Below are positions 38,012-49,606 of a stretch of DNA of 64,000 nucleotides, piece after piece; within the stretch, counting starts at the first letter, position 1, and each line of letters starts with the position of its first letter. A program made the position numbers and the translations under genes. Source of the DNA: Haliotis rubra (Eukaryota); the NCBI RefSeq assembly GCF_003918875.1, contig NW_025765066.1:62001-126000 (forward strand). The letters are read 5' to 3'. Below the pieces are notes generated by a model. It saw nothing but the letters and a program-made list of their open reading frames with translations, had not been told where the DNA came from and made no database searches.

Positions 38012-39381
38012 TTACCTAAAATAGTTGGTGTTACATGGTCGAATACATCTGATTTTTGCAATCATGACGACTGTTTCGCCACGATGGTTTCGTGCGTTGA
38101 TGTCAAGCCTATATTGTGACAGAACGCACCGCACAATTTCCTCATTTCCTGTTTCACATGCTACATGAAGGATGTTGTTTCCGTCATCAACTACTTGTAA
38201 TAGATCAGGGCATTCACTCACCAGTAACCGAATCACTGTACTGTGTTTCCGAAATGCTGCCCACAACAGTGGCGTTCTCCCTTATTGCCCGCGTGTGTTG
38301 ATGTCCACCAAATGCTGTGACAGGATATGTTCCACCATCTCTACAAGTCCTTCCATGCAAGCCAAGTGTAGGATGTTGTTCTCCATGTTATCAAGTAGTG
38401 ATGCATCAGCTGCCTTTCTCAGGAGCAGGTCAAACACGCTTCTGTGTCCACCACGTGCTGCGATCATCAGAGGTGTTGCCCCATCCTCCCCATTACAGTT
38501 TATGAGAAAACCTCCCTGTGAGAGGATACGCTCCACCATACCCGTAAGTCCTCCCATGCAGGCCAAGTGTAGGATGTTGTTCCCCTTGTTATTAAGTAGT
38601 GATGCATCAGCTCTCTTTCCAACAAGCAGGTCAAACACGCCCCTGTGTCCACCACGTGCTGTGATCATCAGAGGTGTTGCCCCATCCCCTCCCCTACAGT
38701 TGATGTTAAAAACTCCCTGTGACAGGACATTCTGCACCATCTCTACATGTCCTCCACGACACGCGGCATGGAGTATATTGTTACCATCCTTATCTTGTGA
38801 TATGCCACAATCTTTCCCGACAAGTATGTCAAACACCTGTTTATGTCCTTTCTCTACTGCCAGCATATCTGTTTCTACTGTTGATGTCAATCTCAGTCTC
38901 ATCGAGGACCTTCTCAACCATTCCTGTGTGTCCTCCATGACATGCATAATGAAGGATGCTGTGCCCAACATTATCCATTATCCAGCCCCTTTATCCAGCA
39001 GATATTCGAACATGGTTTCCTTCCCGTGCGAAGTTGCCCACATCAAGGGGGTTCTTCCGTCGTTCCTCTTTTTGTTGATAAGATAATGTTGTTCCGACAC
39101 CACATCTTTTACAATGTCCATATTGCCCCCGAGACAGGCAATGCTTAGAATGTGGTCACCATTACAATCCATCAATGCCATATTTGGTCTTTGCCAAAGA
39201 AGATATTTAAAGATGTGATGATGTCCTGACATTGCTGCCAACATCAATGGTGTGAGTCCATACAAACCGCGGCTATTGACGTCTATTTCCTCATCATGCA
39301 CGAGCTGTTTCACGACATCCAGACTCCCATTAACGGTGGCTTTGTGGAGCGGGGTCTCCATAACTGTCCCTTGATATAACC
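38012..39381 (-). pseudogene. Ankyrin-repeat terminal exon, module B, disrupted
   Basis: Collinear with 30960-32158 but with frameshifting deletions (~38985 and ~38870), stops at 38978 and 38282, and one extra 201-nt repeat pair. Confidence 0.88.
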
Positions 39382-39755
39382 CTGTGTTGAAATTTGCATA
39401 TTGTGCAATTTTATATGAATAGCTGATAATCCGTTTGAAACAGCTGAACTGATATTAATAATCTTGAAAGAAAAATTGACCACGGGCTTATGTTTATGCT
39501 CTTTAAAACAATACGTCTGCAATATCGTAGAGTGTAAAGTTCATGTTTCGGAAAGGGAAGCCTATGCACTTACTATGCGTGTATCAGTTTTTATAAGAAT
39601 GTGATGAACAACAGAACTATGGAGACTTCCCCACTAGGGGACGCAATTACATGACGTTTCTTTCATGTTCAACCCTCAATGAAAAAGTCTTTGTTTTCTT
39701 TTGCGCCCTGAACAAATTACCATTAGCTGTGTTTGTGTGGCATCTTTCATCTTAC

Positions 39756-39776
39756 CTCTATGTTCCTTGTCATGTC
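39756..39776 (-). pseudogene. Predicted 21-nt micro-exon of module B (HDKEHR)
   Basis: tatgtcag| ... ag|gtaaga; matches the 3' half of the 42-nt exon in module A (PDKYHR). Confidence 0.5.
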
Positions 39777-41747
39777 CTGACATACAGCTAATCAAATCAA
39801 ATGTTCATTGTATGAAAGGCCATAGGCCCATATACATGAAGTGTTCATGGTACTATATAGGATCTATTAAACAAAAGATTCACATTTAATTTCTACTCTT
39901 GAATGCATATTTGAAATATAACATTACAGATTTTGAATCTTGATAGTTTGTAGTTGCCATAAGGCGAAGAAATTGTTGTACTGAAGGGCGATTTAAATAT
40001 TTAATTGGTATGTATTTCTTTCGAATTTTCTTTAAGGATCTTCAACGTTGTTTTAATTACAATGTGTACACACCCTTTAATGCTTTGCAGTTATATTATG
40101 TCTCCCGGTATCAATATTTAACCGTGTACATCCAACTCGAGCACGAGCAAAGTCGGTTGCAAATGTACTCAAGGTCAAATCTATTACATATTTCTCTGCT
40201 TCAAGATTAATCTTTAAACTTGCATAACATTCATATCTGGAGTTAGATGCTAATATATTTGTCCTTTCTTGGAAGTACATATCTTTTACTCTGGTTTGGA
40301 AACTGCTGAGAAAAATAGTTATACATCTAACGTCTTGCTAGACTGAAGCATAACCAAGACCTGAACTAAATAAGATATGTCTTGTAACATTACTTGCCCA
40401 TTTCGTACGCCTTACGTGGAAGTCGACCAGGTGGCATGTGAAGTAGTTTTAGCCAATATTTAATGCACCTCACTGGACTGTCTATAAACAATGGGTAACG
40501 ACCCAAGAGCCATCACTTTAGGAGTGTTAATGCCTGTACCAAGATAGTGTTTACATGCACGAAACTGGACCCTCTCTACCACCTTTAGTCCTTGATGTCC
40601 CCATATTTTGCTCCGTAAAGAAGGATGGGTGTAATTTTTTATTCCAATATTTTGAAACATGTTCTGAGTGGGACTTTTCCATATGTCCAAACTTATTTTA
40701 AAACATTCATAAGTGCCCTTTTCTCGTTTAACGGCAAACGGGATACTTCCTTGTTAAATTTAATGATGGAGTCATCAGTAGCCCAAGGTATTCTGAGACA
40801 ACTTCTACAATTTCATGGCGTTAATACCATTTTTCACATTGTTTAAGATTTCCACCCTAACGAAAAAAAAGGTTTTTGTTTTTGAAATGTTGAACAGTAG
40901 TCATCTTGAATATCCAGTTGCTCTTGTAGCCCACTAACTCTATCAGACATGAATATAACATCATTGGCAAACATCAGTAGAAACAGTTCATGTAAATCAG
41001 GATATAATTGTACTCCCCTATGACAAGTATAATGCATATCGGCAGCCACCTCATTAGTAAAAAGAGTAAATAGAATTGGGCTTAATATACAGCCCTGTTA
41101 TAGTCCAACAGGACAATGAAAACACTCGGTATAACCAGCGTTACACCGTACGCATGCTATTACAGACGAATACATAGACTGAATCACAGTCAACATTTTA
41201 ACTGGTAGACCACATTTTTGGAGGACATACATGAGTTTATTTCCATCTGTAGAGTGAAATGTTTTTCTGAAAGTCTACAAAGGCAACATAGAATCGACCT
41301 CTCCGTTTACTTAAATATTTCTGTATACAAGCTGTTAGTGTGAACAAGTTGTCCGTTATTGCGTATCCAGGCCTAAAGCCTGCTTGTTCTTCACATATCC
41401 TATTATTAATTTCTGCCCATTTTTTTAATCTGCGGTTAATTTTTGTTGAAAATATCTTTCTGAATATACTATTTACCCCTGTATTTATTAGGATCATCTC
41501 GAGGGCCATTTTTGTAGATAGGTACCATGGTACCTTTGCTCCGGGAGGAGGGAAATTCGCCTGTGGAATATATTCTTTTAAATAAAACTTCCAGGTGAGG
41601 GCATAGTTAGGTCAAATGATGATTTGAACATTTCCGGTAATAACATATCTAAACCCGATGATTTCCCACCCTTTACTAATTTTATACCATTCAGTATCTC
41701 TAATGTTTTTCAATCGTTTACTCCAGCTCATGATGAGTTTCTGTTTG

Positions 41748-42197
41748 TGTGAGGGAGTGACTTAATATTTAACGTCACATCGGTAATATCCCAGCCATAT
41801 CGTGACGAAAACAATTTATACAATAAAAGTGAAAATATTTTGAAGATTAAAACCTGTCGACGATGGACAGTAAAAATACTAGATAATCACAGATACAGTA
41901 TAAAACTAGTGAACAAAGCTCAAACATTCCAATTACAGAAGACAATTCAATATAAAACACAGGCTATAGATCGCTACGAACTGAAGGTAGATCACCAAAC
42001 TAGGAACCATGGGGACCATTACTTTTGCTACCTGCATGGAAACTAGCTGGATTTACACCATCCCTTCAGCCGCTGGCGACTGTAGGATAGTTTAGCCGAA
42101 ATTTAAAAGAACGAAACTACTACGTTTAACAACTTTGTACGAGAAAATCTTTCTTTGAAAGTTTTTGGACCTACGTACCCTCTCAGGAGGACAATAA
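41748..42197 (-). mobile_element. 5'-truncated retroposon (family 3; related pieces at ~28830-28885 and ~56466-56690)
   Basis: 10-bp TSD tttctgtttg; tail cgtcacgatatggctgggatattaccgatgtgacgttaaa followed by (cact)n. Confidence 0.7.
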
Positions 42198-42320
42198 TTT
42201 CTGTTTGATCGTGAGCATCATCAACACTAATTGAATGTAAAAACTCATCTTTGTTCAAAGATGGAACTTGAAACAGATCCTTAAAATATCCGTACCAAAT
42301 AGCTGTACTAATATCTATTT

Positions 42321-42488
42321 GGACTGACTGACAGTATGGTTTTACGCCGTTTTTAACAATATTCCAGCAATATCACGGCGGGGGACACCAGAAATGGGCT
42401 TCACAAATTGTACCCACGTGGGGAATCGAATCCGGGCCGTTGGCGTGACGAGCGAACACTTTAACCACTATGCTACCCCACCGCACCC
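42321..42488 (-). mobile_element. tRNA-derived SINE family 1
   Basis: Reverse-complement match to family 1. Confidence 0.88.
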
Positions 42489-43096
42489 TATTTATTTGAA
42501 AAGGTTTATTGTAACCCATGTTTTTAACGTGCTTCCAAAACGATTTACTGTTATGAAGCGATCCCTCTAGGATATTTAACAGTTCTTTTTTTAATGAAGT
42601 ACACTTACGTCAAGTGGTTGGCTTATATCTATTGTTAAGTAAGACTCGAGGTAAGAAAACACCGAGGCGAAGTTGCCAGGACATATACTTTTATTCCTCT
42701 CGCATGAGTGAATCTAGACACAACCACGCCGGCCGGCACATGGTTCTTCACTGCCCTCGCTTACACCCTTGCGCATGCGCATGCCTCTCACGCAAAGCTA
42801 CTTCCTTCCTCTCCAGTGCTCCAGCCACCCATACGTACACATACGTTAACACACTCCCAATATTCTATATTTGTTATGAAACTGGAATACATATATACAT
42901 ACACATTTATAAAAGTTCAACCAAATTATTGATATTTTTGTTTGTTGTTGTTGTCCTAAAGAAAAACATTAACAGTCCTGGCAATTATATAGTGACACAG
43001 AACAATATCAACAGTCCTGGCAATGATACAGTGATCAGATGCAATTCATCAGGAAAACTTCAGATGTTAACAAATGTCTGATTACTTCTTTTTCAG

Positions 43097-43783
43097 TCAC
43101 ATATATGACATGCTCCCAGATCGAAGACACTCAAGGAGCTGAGCGGCACTTGCTCCCTTCTTCGTCATACAGTCCGACAATTGTTGATTTGTATCCACCC
43201 AGTGAACATTGGATATCACATTCTGCTGCAACATTTGCTTGATGCTAGCGATGTCAACCCGTAAACGTTTCTCGTTTACAAGTTTTGTTGAATGTATGTT
43301 TTCAAACAGTGATTTGTTGTCTGTAAAACAGTCAATAGGGATCACGTTAGTGTTTCTCCTAAGCAGAACTTCGCTGAGAAGATGTCCAAGGTAGCAGGCA
43401 GTATCTAGCCCATCTACCATGGATAATGTCTCGGCTGCCAGCGTACTTCTCACTACCCTGTGTATCTTGTTGGCTTTCCAGGCAAGCGGAGAACTTTGAC
43501 ATCGTTCATCTGTCAGCAGAATGATAAATCCACAAGCACTTGAAACTCCATCATTCAGATTGGCATACGAGGCATCACAGAATAACTTGATTCTCAAATC
43601 TAAACTTTCAAACTTTGGAAAATAAAGAGGAAAGTTTTCATATTTTAATTTTCTTAATGCCTTATTAGCCCTGAGAATGTCCAAGACTCGAGGATGCTTC
43701 ATCGCTGTGCTTAGCTCAAGAACATCAAAACAGATATCAGGCCTAGTCTGGTTTCCTACCCAACTTAGCTGTCCGATCAAACT
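43097..43783 (-). CDS. Copia RT C-terminus plus RNase H segment
   Basis: SLIGQLSWVGNQTRPDI..FCDASYAN..STLAAET..TDNKSL..QLSDCMTK. Confidence 0.9.
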   Translation of the reverse strand, partial: SLIGQLSWVGNQTRPDICFDVLELSTAMKHPRVLDILRANKALRKLKYENFPLYFPKFESLDLRIKLFCDASYANLNDGVSSACGFIILLTDERCQSSPLAWKANKIHRVVRSTLAAETLSMVDGLDTACYLGHLLSEVLLRRNTNVIPIDCFTDNKSLFENIHSTKLVNEKRLRVDIASIKQMLQQNVISNVHWVDTNQQLSDCMTKKGASAAQLLECLRSGSMSYM

Positions 43784-46700
43784 TTGACAGATGAAACACA
43801 GGCCACAGCATATTATACACGGGGACGTGCATATGGACCGCGTCGTAACAGGAACGGTCGGCGTGGGAGGAGAGCTTATTATCCTCCACAGTTGGGTTTG
43901 TCTTCCCAAAATACTAGACAAAGGGGTAGAGGACATAGAATTCTTAATCCAATGGGAGACGATGGTCCTCAAAGGTGTGTGATATGTGAATCAATTTACC
44001 ATTTTGCAAGAGATTGTCCAGATTCCTATGAAAACATGAAGGCTAATGAAGAGGCTGTACTTTATACAGGGAACAAACAAACTGAAATGCAAGTATTGAT
44101 GTGTGAAGCCATGAATGCTGCAGTTTTGGATAGTGGCTGTACATCAACAGTTGCAGGTGAGATTTGGTTGGATGACTTTGTAAATAGTTTAGACAAGGAT
44201 CAACTCAAGAAAGTGATTGTTTGTGAAAGTGATACAATTTTCAAATTCGGCGGGGGAGAGAAATTGAAATCAATCAAGAAAGTTACCTTCCCATGTAAAA
44301 TCGCAGGACAGAACTGTTCGATAACAACTGATGTTGTGAGCAGTGACATTCCCCTTTTACTTGGAAAACCAGCCATGAAAGAGGCCCGTGTTGTACTGGA
44401 CCTTGAGAATGATAGGGCAAATATTTTAGGACAAGAAATAGAATTGCAGTGTACCTCTTCAGGACATTATTGTGTTTCGCTAACTGACAATACCACATCA
44501 GTAGCAGTGTCGGAGGTCTTCTTCAATGTATCAGAAAAGTCAGAACAAGAAAAGAAGAAGATTGTAACCAAGCTCCACAAACAGTTTGGACATCCATCAA
44601 GCCACAGATTAACACTTCTTTTACAAGATGCAGGCTGTTATGAAGAAAGCATGAATAATCTCGTGGAGGATGTAACTGCTACCTGTGATGTCTGCAAGAA
44701 ATTTAAGAAAACTCTTCCTAAACCTGTTGTTTCCTTGCCATTGGCGACTAGATTCAATGAAGTAGTTGCACTTGACCTGAAGGAGTGGAAAGCTGGGATA
44801 TACTTTCTACATATGGTGGATCTTGCTACTCGATTTAGTTTGGCAACAGTTATCTACAACAAATTGCCAGAGACAATTGTGAATAAAATCCTTGGTCTGT
44901 GGATTGGCAGTGGTTTTGGTGTTCCAGGAAAAATTTTGACGGACAATGGTGGTGAGTTTGCTAATGATATTGTGAGAGACATGGCGGAAAATCTAAACAT
45001 TCAAGTTTGTACAACAGCAGCTCAGAGCCCTTGGCAAAATGGAACTTGCGAAAGGAATCATGCCATCCTTGATGACTGTGTACAGAAGATGTTAGCTGAC
45101 AATCCAAGACTTGATCTCGAGACTGCAATTGTATGGGCCACCAATGCAAAGAACTCCCTTCAAATGGTTCATGGATACAGTCCCTACCAGCTCGTCTTTG
45201 GATGCAATCCCAATTTGCCATCAGTACTCATTGACCGCCCCCCTGCATTAGAAGGGAAAACTGTGAGTGAGATATTTGCCAAACATCTGAATTGTATACA
45301 CAGTAGTCGAAAAGCTTTTGTTGAGGCTGAATCATCAGAGAGAATAAGACGTGCTTTGAGACATCAAGTGAGGGCATCAGGTGTTCCCTTTCAACCAGGA
45401 GAAACTGTATATTATCAACGCAACGGAACATGGCGAGGACCTGGAAAGGTGATAGGACAAGACGGAAAAATAGTGTTTGTCAGACATGGCAGTGTGTACG
45501 TCAGAATCCATCCATGCAGACTTAACAGAGTGGGTGAAGAGTTTCTTAACCCTGAAGTGGAAAATACAAGTACCATTGAGGAAGGAAATGGATGTATAGA
45601 AACCATAGTAGAAAGACAAAATACAGAACAACTCTTTGAAGATGACAGTCAAGAAAACACATCACAAACAATTGATCACTCAAGGACAGTGTCTCAGTCT
45701 GCCTTACCGAAACCACATACGGAAATAAGATACCTACCTGTGGGTGGTGACATGTGGGTTTCTGCTACCGTGATCAGTAGAGGGGGCAAGGTGCATGGAA
45801 GTAACAAAGCTTGGTTTAATATCAAGGACAGTGATAGTGAAGAAATCAAATCACTTAATTTTGAGACAGGAGTAACATCATGGGAATTAGTTCAAGCTTC
45901 ACCACAGGATAACAGTGACTTAGTCGAAGAAAAGACTGGTGATAATCATGTTTTTCTTGCCTCTTCTAATAGCATTGATGATGCTAAACAAGCAGAATTA
46001 GACAACTGGAAAAACTTTAATGTCTATGAGGAGGTTACTGACCATGGACAGCCTCAAATGTCTACCAGATGGGTGTTGACTGAAAAACAACAGGATGGAA
46101 AGCTGATAAATAAAGCCAGGCTAGTTGTTCGCGGTTTCGAAGAAATGGCAGATATACAAAGTGATTCACCGACTGCAGGTAAAGATACTCTTAAAATTCT
46201 GTTGTCTCTGTCATCAGCTTTTGGATGGGAATTAAACACCATAGATATTAAGGCAGCATTCTTACAAGGACATAACATAGATCGTGATGTATACCTCAAG
46301 CCACCTGTTGAAGCTGATACTGATGGAAAATTATGGAAACTAAGGAAATGTGTGTATGGTCTCAATGATGCATCAAGAAAATGGTATTTCAGTGTTAGGG
46401 AAGAGTTGTTGAAAGCAGGATGTTTGCAATCTACAATAGACCCATCTCTATTTTACTGGTATCGTGACAAGTTAGAAGGTCTTTTCCTGATGCATGTAGA
46501 TGATTTCATTTGGTCCGGAGCACTCCCATTTGAAAGAATTGTCATTGATAAGATTAGATCTTCGTTCAAGATTGGAAAGGAGGGGAGAATGATGTTTAAA
46601 TACATTGGAATGGAAATCAAACAGACGAAAGGAATTATCCTTGATCAGTGGTTCTATATCAGCGGAATACAGTCGATACCTTTATCAACAAGTCGTTCGG

Positions 46701-46801
46701 CACAAAAAGATGATGATCTCAACAAAGAAGAAGTAGGTCATCTGAGAAGTTTGATCGGACAGCTAAGTTGGGTAGGAAACCAGACTAGGCATGATATCTG
46801 T
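43784..46801 (+). CDS. Copia zinc knuckle-protease-integrase-RT segment, inverted relative to the rest of the element
   Basis: CVICESIYHFARDC, LDSGC, HKQFGH..CDVC, TDNGGEF..CERNH, DIKAAFLQ and MHVDD in one uninterrupted frame. Confidence 0.93.
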
Positions 46802-47416
46802 CAAATACACTGGTTCCACTTTAATGGTGGGACAAGAAAAATTTGTGTTTGGCATTGACTGCTTCCCAAAGAATTTTCTTAAAGATAATGACATCTGTTT
46901 GAAGAGAGTTGATGCTTCATTGTAATCAACACCTGTGAGAACCAACTGTCGATCTTTGTGTTCTAACCCTGACCCGTCAAGCAGACGGAAAGCTAGCACT
47001 GATTCTGGAAGTATCATATTAAACTTCTTAGTTTTGTTATAAAGTTTTTCAAATTCTGAAACATACGTTTCCATACTCATATTTTGTGTTCTTTTAAATT
47101 TATCAAAGTCACCATATACCTCATACGCTGCCGTGATTTCATCCTTCTTGTAGATTCCATCCATAAACGCAAGAAGTAATTTCGCCCCATCCTTGTCACC
47201 AAGTTTCGCCGCTCCCAGTTCATTAAACACTTTGTCCCGAATGTTATCTGTTTCTGGCAGTGAAAGAGCTATTGCCGCACCCTGTTTATCTTCTGCCAAA
47301 TCTGTGACTGCTTGCCACACCTTCACTTCTTCCACCCATCGACTGTAAGGCTTGTCGTCGAGAAACGCTGGGGGAATTCTGTAATTTTCAGGCGCCATTT
47401 TCTTTTCGGTAGACAC
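46763..47416 (-). CDS. gag: Copia gag N-terminal part
   Basis: ORF just after the PBS: PPAF..YSRWVEEVKVW..QGAAIALSL..LAFRLLDGSGL. Confidence 0.85.
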   Translation of the reverse strand: MSTEKKMAPENYRIPPAFLDDKPYSRWVEEVKVWQAVTDLAEDKQGAAIALSLPETDNIRDKVFNELGAAKLGDKDGAKLLLAFMDGIYKKDEITAAYEVYGDFDKFKRTQNMSMETYVSEFEKLYNKTKKFNMILPESVLAFRLLDGSGLEHKDRQLVLTGVDYNEASTLFKQMSLSLRKFFGKQSMPNTNFSCPTIKVEPVYLTDIMPSLVSYPT

Positions 47417-47489
47417 TTCGCTTCGCTAATTCTTCGCTTCGCTATTTCACTGTAGTTGCCCTGTCACTGGCCTGGGAACTATTAACCAC

Positions 47490-47501
47490 GCTCTGCTACC
47501 A
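47490..47501 (-). promoter_or_regulatory. Primer-binding site complementary to the 3' end of tRNA-Met
   Basis: TGGTAGCAGAGC directly after the 5' LTR. Confidence 0.85.
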
Positions 47502-48593
47502 TGTTAAGTAAGACTCGTGGTAAGAAAACACCGAGGCGAAGTTGCCAGGACATATACTTTTATTCCTCTCGCATGAGTGAATCTAGACACAACCACGCCG
47601 GCCGGCACATGGTTCTTCACTGCCCTCGCTTACACCCTTGCGCATGCGCATGCCTCTCACGCAAAGCTACTTCCTTCCTCTCCAGTGCTCCAGCCACCCA
47701 TACGTACACATACGTTAACATCTATTACGAAGCTGCCTCAATGACACTTGACCCTTACAGCTCCTGTACCGTCTAAGTGCTCGCCCGGCCTCTAGCTTAC
47801 TATAGTGATATTCTGCATCATACCATTTGCCTGTGAAGAGTCTCTTAATTGTCCTAGCATTTCGCTTAAATATAGAGGCAGTATGTAGCAAGGCACGTGA
47901 AACTATAGCAACAGAAGTATCAATACTGCTATATAACAAGTCAGTGGCACGGCTCAGCTCTTGCTTACAACAATCCGTTAGCTATCTATTACAGAATGTA
48001 TATTCCCCAACGTTACTATCATCACCACAGCGAGCATTTATAATATGGATATCTGATGAAATACATAAGCCAATGTGGGTTTGATCAAATCTTTTTTACA
48101 ACAGTATCTTTTGAGCTACATGGAAGATCGAAAGGATCTTCATTTTCACCAGCAACGTCATCACGCGAGTAATCAGACACCTTACCAGTTCGCACATTTA
48201 AGTCTCTTCCTATTACAATACAAGGATTGTTCTACAGTTTGGCAATAAATCTAGAATAATAGTTCCTAGAAGATTTATGCCATTTCTGTCTGGTTGTTTG
48301 TCATAAAATGTCGAAAACTGGGGAGGTATATATACACACGCGTACAATATATCGGCATTTAAGTAGGATAATGATTTATCAAGCTTTAAACATACACCTA
48401 GAGCGCATGTATACAGTTGGGTAATAAGATGACTTATTGTTTTCCTCACTAACACTGTCACAGCACCCGAACTACGCCCAACATGACTAAATCTTGACGC
48501 TTGGACTTGATGAATGTCAAAGGCGGGGAAACACCCCGAACAGTCTAAATCCTGAGCCCATGTTTCTACAAATCCAACTAAATCATAGTCAGA

Positions 48594-48697
48594 CTGACTG
48601 ACTGACTGGGCTTCACACATTGCAAACATGTGGGGATTCGAACCCGGGTTTCGGCGTGACGAGCCAACGCTTTAACCACTTGGCTACCCCACCGCCC
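48594..48697 (-). mobile_element. Short family 1 SINE (tRNA head joined directly to (cagt)n)
   Basis: 16-bp TSD ctaaatcatagtcaga; inserted in the LINE endonuclease region. Confidence 0.85.
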
Positions 48698-49567
48698 CTA
48701 AATCATAGTCAGAGATGTAGGCTATGAAGTCTGTTTCATCAAGTTTCGAACTGAGTCCTTCAAAGATCCACAACAGGAAGGAGATATCACTTTTCGAGCC
48801 TCGGCTTAACCATAATTCTTCCTGACGCGTGTTACTGGGAGCCAGGTTTACACCTTAGATGGTGACAGGCGTTTATCTTGGGAGGGGCGGGGGTGACGTG
48901 TGTGTGTGTGGGGAACCTTTTCACAAAATGGAATGTTTCCCTTGTTTAAGTACCTACGTTCATGATCGGCTTGAAGTCCCCGATGAACAGCTCTTTGTCT
49001 CCGGGTGAGATCGCTGGACACACCAATACCAACCTTTTCATAGTCCTTGTGGTGGTTCAACACGTTTAGTTTGTAGTGCTCGTGGGCGAATCGTACTAAA
49101 AAAGGTCTTCGTCGATCTCTTGATCTTTGGCCTAGCCTAAATGTTCTCTCCAAATCCAGAGGTAGCCACTCAAGGTGTCCCTGGAGTTGATTTAGAGTAT
49201 CCATAAACGTCTCGCCGTCGTTTTCAGGAACTCCATAAAATATGACGTTGCTTTTTCGTGTGAAGGTGATATTTCTATTTCGATTTGTGTCATCTTGCTT
49301 TCTACTGCCTCGTTAATACGACACTCCAGATCGCCAATATTAGAATGAACAGTATCAATGTCTAATTGTAGTACATGTTGATTTTTCCTTCAGGCTGTTC
49401 AGCTCAGTTCCATTGGAGACAACAGATGCTTTGAGGTTGTTGGTATCTGCTCAGATTAATTTGATATCTTCTTTCACCTCTCTCATATCCCAACTGAATA
49501 CTGTTTTCATATCCTTTCACTCTCTGAGAATCTTGGCCATGTCAGGTCCTAGACGATCTAGTGCAGC

Positions 49568-49606
49568 TGGTCCAGGATTTACTTCAACGTCTCCAGACAT
49601 TAGTAA
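49568..49606 (-). other. 2A-like (StopGo) peptide motif LLMSGDVEVNPG|P at the start of LINE ORF1
   Basis: Codon-by-codon translation matches the D(V/I)ExNPGP consensus. Confidence 0.75.

Larger units (their letters stand above)
42633..47720 (-). mobile_element. Ty1/Copia LTR retrotransposon, GalEa-type, very recent, with an inverted internal segment
   Basis: 219-bp TG..CA LTRs (42633-42851 and 47502-47720) with one difference that I could see; 5-bp TSD tctat; PBS TGGTAGCAGAGC; PR-IN-RT-RH order; KARLVVRGFEE, MHVDD and TRPDI motifs. Confidence 0.95.

Noticed and set aside
38172-39086. 304-aa plus-strand ORF
   Set aside because: Antisense shadow of the ankyrin pseudo-exon with no independent motif.
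43784-43972. N-terminal part of the 291-aa minus-strand ORF, and TTG 43784 as a real start
   Set aside because: Both are by-products of the inversion junction.
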